The notes: a model not told the origin generated them from the letters alone. 64,000 nucleotides of DNA from Planctomycetota bacterium (GCA_043754695.1 JAYUUV010000009.1:670-64669); one strand, 5' to 3'. Counted from the stretch's first letter, positions 17,932 through 29,465 are shown. Numbers and translations: made by a program.

Positions 17932-19137
17932 TCAAGCGCGCGCGAGATTTTGCGGCGTGTGGTCGTGCAGGATGGCCGGCGGTTCGTTCGCAGGGCGCGC
18001 TCTGGGCGTGAGCACGTCGGCTCCGCCGCGGAAGATGCGCTCCACACGCCGGCCCACCGAACAGGTGATCTCGTAGGGGATCGTGCCAGCCTGCTTGGCA
18101 ACTTCCTCGAGCGTGATCTGCAGGTCGCCGTCGCGGCCGAAAAACGTGACGCGATCGCCGACGCTGACGCCGGGGATGTGGCCGACGTCGACGGTGGTGT
18201 AGTCCATCGAGACACGACCGACGATGCGGGCGCGTTCGCCGCGCACCAGCACCGAGCCGTTGTTGCCAAGCCGCCAGGGGACACCGTCGTTGTAGCCGAT
18301 CGGCAGCGTCGCGATGCGCGTGGGTGCCGTCGCTTTCCATGTGCCGCTGTAGCCGACGGGCGAGCCTTCGACCAGGTCCTTCAAGAACACGACCTGGCTG
18401 CGCAGGCTCATCACCGGCTCGAGCTGTGCGGCACCGGGCAAGCCGTCCGGCAGGACTCCGTAGGCGCTGATGCCAGGCCGCACCGCGTCGAACATCGGAT
18501 CGAGCCCGGTGAACAGACAAGCCGAATTCGCCGCATGGATCCAGCCCGCGAGCAGGTTGCGCCGGCGAGCTTCGTCGATCACTTCGCGAAAGCGGGCCAG
18601 CTGCCTGGTCGTGACTTCGTCGTCCGCGCCCAACGTCGAACTCATGTGCGTCATCACTCCGCACAGGCGCATGTGGCGCGAAGCGCGGATCTGCTCGAGC
18701 AGCGGAAGCGCGCGCTCGGGCAGCACTCCCAGGCGTCCCATACCCGTGTCGATCTTGAGGTGCACGCGCGCGATCAGGCCCAGGCGCGCGGCCAGATCCT
18801 CGAGCATCTGGCAGCGGTCGGACGAATGCAACGCGACCTGGATTTCATGCACCAGGCAAGCGTTGGCCTCTTCGTCGACGATCGTGCCCAGCACCAGGAT
18901 CGGCGCGCGAATTCCGCTGCGCCGCAGTTCCAGCGCTTCCGCGGAAGTGCCGACGCCCAGCGCACTCGCGCCATGCCGCAGCGCGCAGTGACTGATCGCA
19001 ACGGCGCCGTGACCGTAGGCGTCGGCCTTGACGACCAGCATGATCGCGATGTCCGGGCCGACGCGAGCGCGAATCTGACCCATGTTCGACGCAAACGCAT
19101 CGAGGTCGATGTCGGCCCACACACGATATGAGTCCAC
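17932..19137 (-). CDS. alr: Alanine racemase
   Basis: VWADIDLDAFASNM…IMLVVKADAYGHGA is the PLP-Lys motif VVKAxAYGHG. Length is 401 aa. Confidence 0.9.
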   Translation of the reverse strand: MDSYRVWADIDLDAFASNMGQIRARVGPDIAIMLVVKADAYGHGAVAISHCALRHGASALGVGTSAEALELRRSGIRAPILVLGTIVDEEANACLVHEIQVALHSSDRCQMLEDLAARLGLIARVHLKIDTGMGRLGVLPERALPLLEQIRASRHMRLCGVMTHMSSTLGADDEVTTRQLARFREVIDEARRRNLLAGWIHAANSACLFTGLDPMFDAVRPGISAYGVLPDGLPGAAQLEPVMSLRSQVVFLKDLVEGSPVGYSGTWKATAPTRIATLPIGYNDGVPWRLGNNGSVLVRGERARIVGRVSMDYTTVDVGHIPGVSVGDRVTFFGRDGDLQITLEEVAKQAGTIPYEITCSVGRRVERIFRGGADVLTPRARPANEPPAILHDHTPQNLARA

Positions 19138-19202
19138 GCGCCGAGACTAGCAAGCGCAGCGAGCGGATCAACACGCAGTCTTGGACGTTAAGTGCGCGAG
19201 CG

Positions 19203-19862
19203 TCAGTTCGGTGCTGAACCGAAAGCGCGCAGGTACAGGGGTTCGAGTTGTGTTGGCGAGTGCGAACCCTCGCGCGCATGCCGCAGCACTCCGAGTTCCA
19301 ATAGCGCTGCGGCCGAGGGAACGCTGCCCTGGATCAGGCGCGAGCGAACGTCGGGGCCAAGCGTCGTCGCGAGATCGAGCGTCGAGTCGGCAAAGATCCG
19401 CAGCTCGTCGCCGACAAGCGCGGCAAGTTCCGTGGGTCGGATCAGGCAGGGCGCCTTCAGGACTTCGATGCCCGACTCGAGCCGGCGGTAGCGGGCGAAG
19501 TAGTACGCGGATTGGCGCGCGTCTTGCACCAGCGCAGCCTCCTCGCCGACGGCGAGCGCGCGCCAGCATTGGGCCTCGCCCGACGGAATGCCGAACAGCG
19601 CGGCCTTGCACCCGCGTGCGATGCCCAGCGCAGTGGCCGTGGCGACGCGCAGGCCGGTAAAGCTGCCCGGGCCGGTTCCGACGACCAGCAATTCCAGGTC
19701 AGCGACCCGCAGCCCGGCCTTCGACAGCAGGCGCTCGAGGGCCGGCAGCAGGTCACTGGCGTGGGGCCGGGCACCGGAGAGCCGCTCCTCGAGGGTGACG
19801 TCGCCCGATTGCAGGGCCACCGACGGGGAGCGCGTCGAGGTTTCGAAAGCAGCCGTCGCCAT
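19203..19862 (-). CDS. tsaB: tRNA t6A37 threonylcarbamoyl-transfer protein TsaB (YeaZ)
   Basis: AFETSTRSPSVAL…LELLVVGTGPGSFTGLRVATATALG is the YeaZ/TsaB signature. Confidence 0.85.
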   Translation of the reverse strand: MATAAFETSTRSPSVALQSGDVTLEERLSGARPHASDLLPALERLLSKAGLRVADLELLVVGTGPGSFTGLRVATATALGIARGCKAALFGIPSGEAQCWRALAVGEEAALVQDARQSAYYFARYRRLESGIEVLKAPCLIRPTELAALVGDELRIFADSTLDLATTLGPDVRSRLIQGSVPSAAALLELGVLRHAREGSHSPTQLEPLYLRAFGSAPN

Positions 19863-19881
19863 GGGGGAGGCCGAGGGCGGG

Positions 19882-21237
19882 TCAGCCCGAAAGTTCGTGC
19901 GCGAGCAGGTCTGCCAGCTGCTTGGCCCTGCGCAGGATCCAATCGTGGTCGGGTCCCTCGACCATGACCCGAACCAGGGGTTCCGTGCCCGAGTAGCGCA
20001 GGAGTACCCGGCCGTCTTCGCCCAGCTCCGCTTCCACGGCCTGCACGGCTTCGTTGACGCTTTGGAGACTGCTCAAAGCGGGTTTCCTGGCGACCGAAAC
20101 GTTGATCAGCACTTGCGGGAACGCGTGGAAGTGGCCGGCCAGCGCCGAAAGTGGCTCGCCACTCTCTTTCATGACCCGCAGCACGCGCAGCGCCGTGTAG
20201 ATCCCGTCGCCGATGAAAAAATTCTCGGGTCCAAACACGATGTGACCCGATTGTTCACCGCCCAGGCGCAGCTCCTCGCGGCGCAGGACTTCGACGACAT
20301 TGCGATCGCCGACATCGGTCGTGATCACGCCGACACCGATGTCGCGCATGGTCTTGGTCAGCCCCTTGTTCGACATCACGGTCGTGACCAGGCGCGGGTC
20401 CTTCCATTCGCCGCGGGCCATGGCGTGGCGAGCGAGCAGCATCAAGATCGCGTCGCCCCCGACCAGCTGGCCCTTCTCGTCGACGAGCAGGCAGCGGTCA
20501 CCGTCGCCGTCGAGCGCGATACCGAGTTCGGCTCCAACGCGCCGAACAGAGTTCGCCAGCGCCTCAGGATGCGTCGATCCACAATCCCGATTGATGTTGT
20601 CGCCATCGGGTTCGGCGGCGATCGAGGTGATCTGGGCGCCCAGCCTGCCGAAGACGCGCGGTCCGACCCGGCTGCCACCGCCGTTGGCGCAGTCCAGCGC
20701 CAGGATCATGCCATCGAGCTTCAGACCAGCGCCGACTTTCTCGACCAGGCGCGTCAGATAGAGAACTTCGAGGCTCTCGTCGTACTCAGGTGGCGCGCCG
20801 TCCGGAGCCGGACTCGGATCGGCGATCCAGCGCCGCTCGATCTCGGTCTCGATCTCGTCGGAGAGTTTTAGCCCGTTCCCGGTGAAGAGCTTGATCCCGT
20901 TGTCGTCGGCCGGGTTGTGCGAGGCGGAAACCATGGCACCCAGTTCGAAATCCTGGGTGCGTGCGAGCCAGGCGAGCCCGGGCGTAGTCATCAGCCCGGC
21001 AGAAATGGGGCGCAGGCCGGCTGCGGCGAAGCCGCGCGCGAGCGCCGCGCAAAGCTCGGGTCCCGAGCGGCGGCCATCGTGGCCCAGCACCACACGGCGC
21101 TTCTTCCTCGAGCGCGATTCGCCCGCGAGTACCGCGCCCACGGTCCGCCCGAGCGCCGAGACCGGGCCGGCTGCAAGCCAACCCTCGCCCGCGCGGCCGC
21201 GGACGCCGTCCGTGCCGAAGATGCGAGCCGCGCTCAC
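19882..21237 (-). CDS. glmM: Phosphoglucosamine mutase
   Basis: VSAARIFGTDGVRGRAGE starts at the GTG at 21237. The active-site region is MVSASHNPADDNGIKLF. The product is 451 aa. The upstream 231 codons of the listed 682-aa ORF are Arg/Ala-rich read-through. The ftsH-folP-glmM order matches the conserved order known from E. coli. Confidence 0.9.
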   Translation of the reverse strand: MSAARIFGTDGVRGRAGEGWLAAGPVSALGRTVGAVLAGESRSRKKRRVVLGHDGRRSGPELCAALARGFAAAGLRPISAGLMTTPGLAWLARTQDFELGAMVSASHNPADDNGIKLFTGNGLKLSDEIETEIERRWIADPSPAPDGAPPEYDESLEVLYLTRLVEKVGAGLKLDGMILALDCANGGGSRVGPRVFGRLGAQITSIAAEPDGDNINRDCGSTHPEALANSVRRVGAELGIALDGDGDRCLLVDEKGQLVGGDAILMLLARHAMARGEWKDPRLVTTVMSNKGLTKTMRDIGVGVITTDVGDRNVVEVLRREELRLGGEQSGHIVFGPENFFIGDGIYTALRVLRVMKESGEPLSALAGHFHAFPQVLINVSVARKPALSSLQSVNEAVQAVEAELGEDGRVLLRYSGTEPLVRVMVEGPDHDWILRRAKQLADLLAHELSG

Positions 21238-21311
21238 GAAGCGTGCTTCCAGGAGATGTGGAACATGGATGGGCGCCGATTGTGACCTGCTTCGCGCGGC
21301 GAACAATACCC

Positions 21312-21333
21312 AAGTCGAGTGAGCACTCGACTT
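21312..21333 (-). terminator. Hairpin overlapping the folP stop (possible attenuator/processing or weak terminator)
   Basis: AAGTCGAG-TGAGCA-CTCGACTT is a perfect 8-bp stem. On the minus strand it is followed only by GGGTATTGTT (a weak U-tract). It lies in the 95-nt folP-glmM spacer. Confidence 0.3.
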
Positions 21334-22436
21334 CAGTGCGAAGCGATCGCCCACGCGACACGCGCGGCCTGGAGCATGGCGCGCACATCGTGAACGCGCA
21401 GCAGCTCGGCTCCGCCCTGCACGCAAGCCGAGAGCGCCGCCGCGCTGCCGCCAAGTCGATCGTGCGCCGCCGTCGCGGGGACCTGCGTTGCGCGCGACTC
21501 GATCTGTCCGATGAAGGACTTTCGCGACGGGCCGACCAGGATCGGGATCCCCAGCGAGCGCAGTTCCGCCAGCCGCGCGAGCAGCGCCAAATTGTGCTCG
21601 AGGGTCTTTCCGAAGCCGATCCCGGGGTCGACCCACAGATGCTCCGTCGCGATGCCGGCGTGCCAGCAAACGCTGGCGCGTTCGCGCAGGAAAGCCAGCA
21701 CCTCGTCGAGTACGTCGCCGTAGAGCGGTGCGCGCTGCATGTCGAGCGGCAGCCCCTGCATGTGCATCAGCGCAAAGCCGCAACCGCGCCGCGCGACCAG
21801 CGGAATCATCTCCGCGTCGAAACGCCCCGCGCTGATGTCGTTGACAATGGTTGCACCCAGGTCGAGTGCTTCCGCGGCCAGGCGCGCCTTGGTCGTGTCG
21901 ATGCTGATCGTCAGCTTCGAGCGGCCGCAAAGTTCGCGGACCACGGGCAACACGCGCCGGCGCTCTTCTTCGATATCGATGGGCGAAGACCCCGGCCGCG
22001 TCGATTCTCCGCCGACGTCGAGGGCGTCGGCTCCTTCAGCGATCAGCGCCAGTCCGTGTTCCACAGCTCGGCTTGGATCGCTCCACAGGCCGCCGTCGGA
22101 AAAACTGTCGGGGGTCACATTGAGTATGCCGAGGATGCGTGGCGGCCGGGTGGGCGCGGCGCGCGCGAGCGCTGCCGCGAGCAAGGCGCGTGCGCGCGGG
22201 GACGAGGGCCGCTCGTTCGCCGAAATCCTCTCGAGCGAGAAATCCGCGACCTCCCACGCGCCGGATTCGCTGCTCTCGAGCCGCAGGTCAGGTCCGAAGA
22301 ATGCGCGCAATTCTTCGCGGAACTCGCCGCCCCGGAACGCGACGCGCGCGCGGACACCCTTGCGGGCAGTGTTCAGCGCGCGCGGATTCAGCGCGAGCGC
22401 CGCTTCGCCCAGCAGGTCCTGAGGCGAGATGTCCAT
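21333..22436 (-). CDS. folP: Dihydropteroate synthase with a ~100-aa N-terminal extension
   Basis: ILGILNVTPDSFSDGG and later …VGPSRKSFIG are DHPS motifs. The start is taken at the ATG at 22436 (MDISPQD…). The ORF-track start at 22493 is also possible. Confidence 0.85.
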   Translation of the reverse strand: MDISPQDLLGEAALALNPRALNTARKGVRARVAFRGGEFREELRAFFGPDLRLESSESGAWEVADFSLERISANERPSSPRARALLAAALARAAPTRPPRILGILNVTPDSFSDGGLWSDPSRAVEHGLALIAEGADALDVGGESTRPGSSPIDIEEERRRVLPVVRELCGRSKLTISIDTTKARLAAEALDLGATIVNDISAGRFDAEMIPLVARRGCGFALMHMQGLPLDMQRAPLYGDVLDEVLAFLRERASVCWHAGIATEHLWVDPGIGFGKTLEHNLALLARLAELRSLGIPILVGPSRKSFIGQIESRATQVPATAAHDRLGGSAAALSACVQGGAELLRVHDVRAMLQAARVAWAIASH

Positions 22437-22556
22437 TTCTGAATCGTGGAGCCTGCGTGTCGCACAGTCCAGTCCATCGCCGAACCCATGCAACGAGTCC
22501 GGGCGGCCTCTCGAGGAGAAACCGCCCGGCGCAGGCGCGCAGCTTGCCGCGCAAGC

Positions 22557-24959
<2,403 letters not shown>

Positions 24960-25074
24960 GGAGTTGGTTGGGCGGGCGGGCGATTCGAAAACGCGGGGGA
25001 GGGCTAGGGGTCGGTCTGCCCAACCTCTACGGTCCTACGGGGCATTGCCTTGACGGTAAAAGGGCTCAGCGCGG

Positions 25075-25641
25075 CTAGTACGACTCGGGTTCTTGGGTTT
25101 GGGCCGCGGGGTCAGGGGGTTCGTAGGCTACCGCGCCGAACAAGTCCAGCGTGAGTCGGTCGGCTAGATTGCGCATCGCTCGCGCCCGGGCCGCCCGCTC
25201 GCCGTCGGGTTCCTCAATCCGGTAGCCGCTCGACGTGGAGGTCAGAGCCCTGCGCAACACTCTTGGCGGCAGCGGGTTGCCGTCGCGGTCGAAGTGCCGC
25301 CGGGGATCGACGAGCGAAGCTTCCACGGTGATCTGGATGCCGGTTTCGAGCAACTTGTTGTCCTCGCTGCGGATGCCGCCGCGCCGGTTGTAGCCGAGCA
25401 CCTTCCCGCGCAGGACAAGGTCGGCGTGCAGCGGATCGACGACGCGGACGGGGACCATCCGCTCGACAGCCTGGGCGAGCTCGGATTGGAGCTGGACCTC
25501 GACGTCGCGCAGCGGCCCATCGTTCCCGAAGAACTCGATTCCGATAGTTCGCCTGCCCTCGGGCACGGTCAGCCCAGTGTGGTAGCCGCAGGCGAAGAGC
25601 GCCGCGGTCAGCACGATCGAAACGGCGATGGCCAGCCTCAC
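25075..25641 (-). CDS. LptE-like LPS-assembly lipoprotein
   Basis: Lipobox LFACGYHTG (the CGYH start is typical of LptE/RlpB), about 188 aa. The GTG start overlaps the stop of the upstream lipoprotein gene. The call is from motif and size only. Confidence 0.5.
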   Translation of the reverse strand: MRLAIAVSIVLTAALFACGYHTGLTVPEGRRTIGIEFFGNDGPLRDVEVQLQSELAQAVERMVPVRVVDPLHADLVLRGKVLGYNRRGGIRSEDNKLLETGIQITVEASLVDPRRHFDRDGNPLPPRVLRRALTSTSSGYRIEEPDGERAARARAMRNLADRLTLDLFGAVAYEPPDPAAQTQEPESY

Positions 25642-26774
25642 GGCAAAGCTCCGGGCGGTTTCGCGGAATTGGCCGCCGGGGCGGGCAAGGCATTCGGATC
25701 CTCCGCTGCCGCGCCAGGTGCCGGCTGCTGCGGATCAGGTGGCAGTCCTTGGATGGCGCGTTCCGCCTTCGCGATCGTCGGCTCGTCGCCGCTTTGTTCG
25801 GCCAGTACGAGGGCCCGTTCGGCGTGGATTCGAGCACCGTCCCACTTCTCGACCACCCTGTAGAAGTGCGCGACGACCAGGTCGGACTGCGCCAGGCGAG
25901 TCAGGCAATCCTTCTGGTCCGCGCTGGCTCGTGCTTCGAATTCGTTGCCGGCGTGGGCTTCCAACCAGGCGTTGAGTTCGTCGAGGGCGCGCAGCAATTC
26001 GCGCCGGTCGTAGTCCGAACGCAGGATCGAGACGAGCCGCAGGTGGGGGATGCGCCACTCAGCCTCGATGGCGAGCGGACTGTCGAGGTGATAGGTGACC
26101 AAGTCTTGATAGCGTTCGAGTGCGGTCGACCACAGGCGATCGTCTTCGTAGAGCTTCGCCAGGCGACGATAGGCTTGGTCGCAGCGCCGCTCCTTTGGAT
26201 AGTTTTGAACCAGGTACTCGAGGATCGCCTTGGCGTCATCCTGGTCGCTGAACAGACCGAAAATCGAGAAGTGCGACTCCGCGAGTTTCATACCCGCCTC
26301 GAACAGGATATCTCCGGCGAGCACGCGTTCGTGGTGCGTGCCGGCCGGCGGATAGCGCGTGTCGACCTTTTTGATCATCGAGTAGGCATCGACCGGCTCG
26401 CCCTGATCGAGCAGCAATTTCGCCGTGCGTACGCCCGCGGTGATCGCGATCTGGCGCGGCAAGTTGAGCTCGAACAGATCCTCCATCTCGTCGGGGTCGC
26501 TGCCGGCCTTGGAGAGTTCGTCGATGCGTGCTTCCGCGCAGCGTTCGAGCAGCAGATCGATTCGGGTCTTCTGCTCGCTCGACAACGCGTCCGATTCGCG
26601 CACGTCGCGCAGTTCGGAAAGCGCTTGCGCATTCTTGCCCGCCGCGATGTCGGCCTCGGCGCGCGCCACAGTCTTGTCCGCGGCGGCCGCGTCCTCGGCG
26701 GAGCCCGAGCTGCGGAACATCGCACAGCCGGGAGCCACACACAGGACGGTAAGAAGCAGTGCGCGAGCGATCAT
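25638..26774 (-). CDS. TPR-like lipoprotein, BamD(YfiO)-like
   Basis: Signal plus lipobox LLLTVLCVAPGCA with a helical-repeat body. The segment LAQSDLVVAHFYRVVEKWDGA resembles the BamD LAxxELxVAxFYxxRxxYxAA block. The C-terminal tail is Pro/Ala-rich. The ATGA overlaps the recO stop. Confidence 0.5.
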   Translation of the reverse strand: MIARALLLTVLCVAPGCAMFRSSGSAEDAAAADKTVARAEADIAAGKNAQALSELRDVRESDALSSEQKTRIDLLLERCAEARIDELSKAGSDPDEMEDLFELNLPRQIAITAGVRTAKLLLDQGEPVDAYSMIKKVDTRYPPAGTHHERVLAGDILFEAGMKLAESHFSIFGLFSDQDDAKAILEYLVQNYPKERRCDQAYRRLAKLYEDDRLWSTALERYQDLVTYHLDSPLAIEAEWRIPHLRLVSILRSDYDRRELLRALDELNAWLEAHAGNEFEARASADQKDCLTRLAQSDLVVAHFYRVVEKWDGARIHAERALVLAEQSGDEPTIAKAERAIQGLPPDPQQPAPGAAAEDPNALPAPAANSAKPPGALP

Positions 26775-27574
26775 CGTGGGGCGTTGCGTTGTGGGCTGGA
26801 GAGGAACGTACGGTAGCTCTTCGGTCGGCCCTGGAGTTGGTATTCGAGGAAACGCGCGACCGCGTCGCGCAGGTGCAGCAGCGAGTTCGGACTCAGTTCG
26901 AAGGCAGCGGCGGCCGGGCGCGGCGCGCTGGAGCCAGCTGCCAGTCGGGCGGCGTCGAGCAATACGGATTCAGGCAGGGTCCCCACGCGTCGGCCGATCG
27001 CTCTCGCCTCGGCGGCGCAACCGGCGCACAGCCGTCCGCCGCACTGTGCCGAAAACTCCGCCCGACGCGACCCGCTTGCGCCCGTCGCGGGAGCCGGACC
27101 CGCGCAGGATGCGCACTCGAGCAAGGCTGGGGCAAGCCCGAGATTCTGTAGGAATGCCAGTTCGAACTCAACCAGGGCGCGCTGCGGAGGATTCGGCGAC
27201 AGGAGTCGGTCCAGGGCCGTTTCGCCAAGGGCGAAAAGTTCGCTGTTCACCGCTGCTTCCTGGATCCCGCTGTCCATAAGTTCGAGAACGGTAAGCGCCG
27301 CTCGGTAGCGCTCGAGATCCTGGGCGATTTTGTGCCTGCGGGTGGTGATCGTGGCGCCGTGCAAGGTCGAGAGCTCGCGGCCTGGGGTTTCCTGCCAGTC
27401 CAGAGCGAGGGTGTCGAACAGGTCGAGCGCGGCGTAGTAACGCGCGGTCGGGCGATAGGCGCCCTTCGCGAGCAGATGGACGCGGCCGCAATTGCGCGTG
27501 GCGACATGAATGACGAGCGACGATTCGCCAAAGCGAAAGCGTCGCAGAATCAGGGCGTGGTCGATGCGGCGCAT
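26771..27574 (-). CDS. recO: DNA repair protein RecO
   Basis: MRRIDHALILRRFRFGESSLVIHVATRNCGRVHLLAKGA is the OB-fold N-terminus, and the Cys cluster CASCAGP…CGGRLCAGC is in the C-terminal half. The ATG at 27574 is preferred over the GTG at 27586, which lies inside the repeat arm. Confidence 0.85.
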   Translation of the reverse strand: MRRIDHALILRRFRFGESSLVIHVATRNCGRVHLLAKGAYRPTARYYAALDLFDTLALDWQETPGRELSTLHGATITTRRHKIAQDLERYRAALTVLELMDSGIQEAAVNSELFALGETALDRLLSPNPPQRALVEFELAFLQNLGLAPALLECASCAGPAPATGASGSRRAEFSAQCGGRLCAGCAAEARAIGRRVGTLPESVLLDAARLAAGSSAPRPAAAAFELSPNSLLHLRDAVARFLEYQLQGRPKSYRTFLSSPQRNAPR

Positions 27575-27704
27575 GGTGCCAGGCACATCTCCAACCTTTT
27601 GCCGCCGTGTGTTTCACAGCGCCTTTGCCGGTTCAGCTCGACGTGGCCGTTGCTCTCACAGCGCCGTTGGTTGCGCGCAAAAGGGTGGAGATGTGCCTGG
27701 CACC
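27575..27704. repeat. Palindromic repeat unit 1 (130 bp, 28-nt terminal inverted arms)
   Basis: GGTGCCAGGCACATCTCCAACCTTTTGC … GCAAAAGGGTGGAGATGTGCCTGGCACC. The arms are reverse complements with one mismatch. The core holds two direct TCACAGCGCC(T/G)TTG copies around GGTTCAGCTCGACGTGGCC. Confidence 0.9.
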
Positions 27705-27780
27705 GTACTGGCGCGGTCGGTGGTTCACAACGGGGAGATTGTCTCGCGCGGCGCGGATCGAATGATCCCTCCAGTACGGA

Positions 27781-27904
27781 GCCAGGCACATCTCCACCCT
27801 TTTGCGTCCAAGCAACGGCGCTGTGGAAGCAACGGCCACGTCGAGCTGAACCGGCAACGGCGCTGTGAACTAGCAGGCGGCAAAAGTTTGGAGATGTGCC
27901 AGGC
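27781..27904. repeat. Palindromic repeat unit 2 (reverse-complement copy of unit 1, diverged)
   Basis: GCCAGGCACATCTCCACCCTTTTGC … GGCCACGTCGAGCTGAACC … GCAAAAGTTTGGAGATGTGCCAGGC. It aligns to the reverse complement of unit 1 along its whole length, with scattered substitutions. Confidence 0.9.
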
Positions 27905-27938
27905 TCCCGCGGCGCGGCGAACGCCGTTGGGCAACCGT

Positions 27939-29261
27939 TCAGGAAGGAGCCAGGCTCCTGACCCTGACTCTCAGCACACGCCTGTCCGTAACCTCCGACA
28001 CCTGAAACTCACTCCCGCCACGTACGAAGGATTCTCCGCGCAGCGGAAATCGCCCAAACTCGGCCAGCACGAAACCACCCAGAGTCTCGTAATCAGCGGT
28101 CTCCGGGAGGTCGAGGTCGATCAACTCGTTGACTTCGCTGACGTGCAATGCGGCATCGATCTCGACCACGCCGCCGGGCAGCTGCTTCAGCGGGCTCGGC
28201 GCCTCTTCGTCCGATTCGTCGTGCAGTTCGCCGACGATTTCGCCGAGCACGTCACCCAGCGTGACCAGCCCTGCCGTGCCGCCGTACTCATCCAGCACGA
28301 TCGCGAGCTTGATCTTTTCGCGGCGGAATTCCTTGAGCAGCTCCGACACGAGCTTGGTCTCCGGCACGAAGTACGCGGGCCGCAGGAGCGAGCGCAACGA
28401 TCGCTCCGTGGCGTTGGTGTCGACCAGCGCCGTCATCAAGTCGCGCGCCGAAATCGTGCCGATCACGGCGTCGAGCTTGCCTTCGAAGACCGGCAGGCGG
28501 GTGTAGCCGGATTCGGAAGCGATGCGGGCGGACTCGGCCAAGGGCGTGTCGACATCGATCGCCTGGACCGAAGTCCTGGGTGTCATGACCGCGGCGACGT
28601 CGACCTCGCGCACATCCATGATGTTGCCGATCAGTTCGCGCTCGGTGGCATCCAGCGGCCCCGAAGCTTCCGTGTCGGCCACGACCTCGCGCAGGCCCGC
28701 GACAGTCTCCCGCGCGTCCTCTGGATCTGCGCCCTGCCCGAAGAGCCGAATCATGCCTCTGCGCACCGCGTCGAGCCCGAGCGCCAATGCCGCGATCGGC
28801 CACTGCAACCAGTGAAATACAGGCAGGCAGCGGCGGACGATGCCCTCGCCCCAGCTGGATGCCAATGCCTGGGCCAGTGCCTGGGTCGAGATCCACAGGC
28901 AGGGCACCGTGATCGCGAGCGATGCGAGCGTCACACCCCAGGTCACCTGGCGGCTCTCCGAGAACCAGCGCACGATCAGGGTCGCGAAGAGCGCCGCGCT
29001 GGCGGTCTCGAACATGCTGGCCGATGTGGTCAGCTGGCGAGATCGTTCCAGGCGCTCACGCAACTTGGCGCGCCGCGCTGGATCCCGCTCGGACTCGAGC
29101 ACCCGGCCGGCGGGCGTCTGCCCCAGCGAACGTCTCAGCGCAGCGAAGGCGGCAGAGAAGATCAGCGCAACCAGTGCCCCGGCCAGGGCATGGAATTCAA
29201 GCTGAGTCAGATCGACGTCGGAGGTTCCGACGACGGACAGGAACGACAGGGCAGGATTCAA
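27939..29261 (-). CDS. CNNM/CorC-HlyC family transporter-associated protein (DUF21 + CBS pair + CorC_HlyC)
   Basis: The N-terminal TM region is followed by …ELIGNIMDVREVDVAAVMTPRTSV… (CBS pair), then …IVLDEYGGTAGLVTLGDVLGEIVGE… and the C-terminal …ETLGGFVLAEFGRFPLRGESF… The ORF-track start is a TTG, so the start is uncertain. Confidence 0.85.
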   Translation of the reverse strand: MNPALSFLSVVGTSDVDLTQLEFHALAGALVALIFSAAFAALRRSLGQTPAGRVLESERDPARRAKLRERLERSRQLTTSASMFETASAALFATLIVRWFSESRQVTWGVTLASLAITVPCLWISTQALAQALASSWGEGIVRRCLPVFHWLQWPIAALALGLDAVRRGMIRLFGQGADPEDARETVAGLREVVADTEASGPLDATERELIGNIMDVREVDVAAVMTPRTSVQAIDVDTPLAESARIASESGYTRLPVFEGKLDAVIGTISARDLMTALVDTNATERSLRSLLRPAYFVPETKLVSELLKEFRREKIKLAIVLDEYGGTAGLVTLGDVLGEIVGELHDESDEEAPSPLKQLPGGVVEIDAALHVSEVNELIDLDLPETADYETLGGFVLAEFGRFPLRGESFVRGGSEFQVSEVTDRRVLRVRVRSLAPS

Positions 29262-29465
29262 TGCGATTCGGGAAGCGGAGCGGCCGGGGAAGCCTGACCG
29301 CAGGGGCGGACATTGTAGGACGGGAGCGGGGTCGCCGGGTGATGGGGCCTGGTGCTCGGCTGGAATGTGTTACGAAATCGCTCCAAATCCCCGAGACCGT
29401 TACGAGGTCGTGCCAGTTCTCTGGCCTCCAGGTCCGGTTTTAGCCCCTCCACCCCAGCCGAGGAA

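Noticed and set aside
21238-21930. N-terminal 231-aa extension of GlmM in the listed 682-aa ORF
   Set aside because: The extension is Arg/Ala/Gly junk overlapping the folP 3' end. The canonical GlmM N-terminus (IFGTDGVRG) follows a GTG at 21237 and gives the normal ~450-aa length.
27575-27904. CRISPR array or integron attC sites as an explanation for the repeated 28-nt arms
   Set aside because: The four arm copies alternate in orientation (inverted, not direct), and the sequences between them are themselves homologous. This is not a repeat-spacer architecture. No cas genes are present. No integrase and no GTTRRRY/RYYYAAC attC core sites are present.
29258-29452. 64-aa minus-strand ORF and other small ORFs in the CNNM/sigma divergent spacer
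   Set aside because: The composition is Pro/Arg-rich, the ORFs overlap the CNNM start region, and there is no RBS or signal sequence. They are most likely non-coding.
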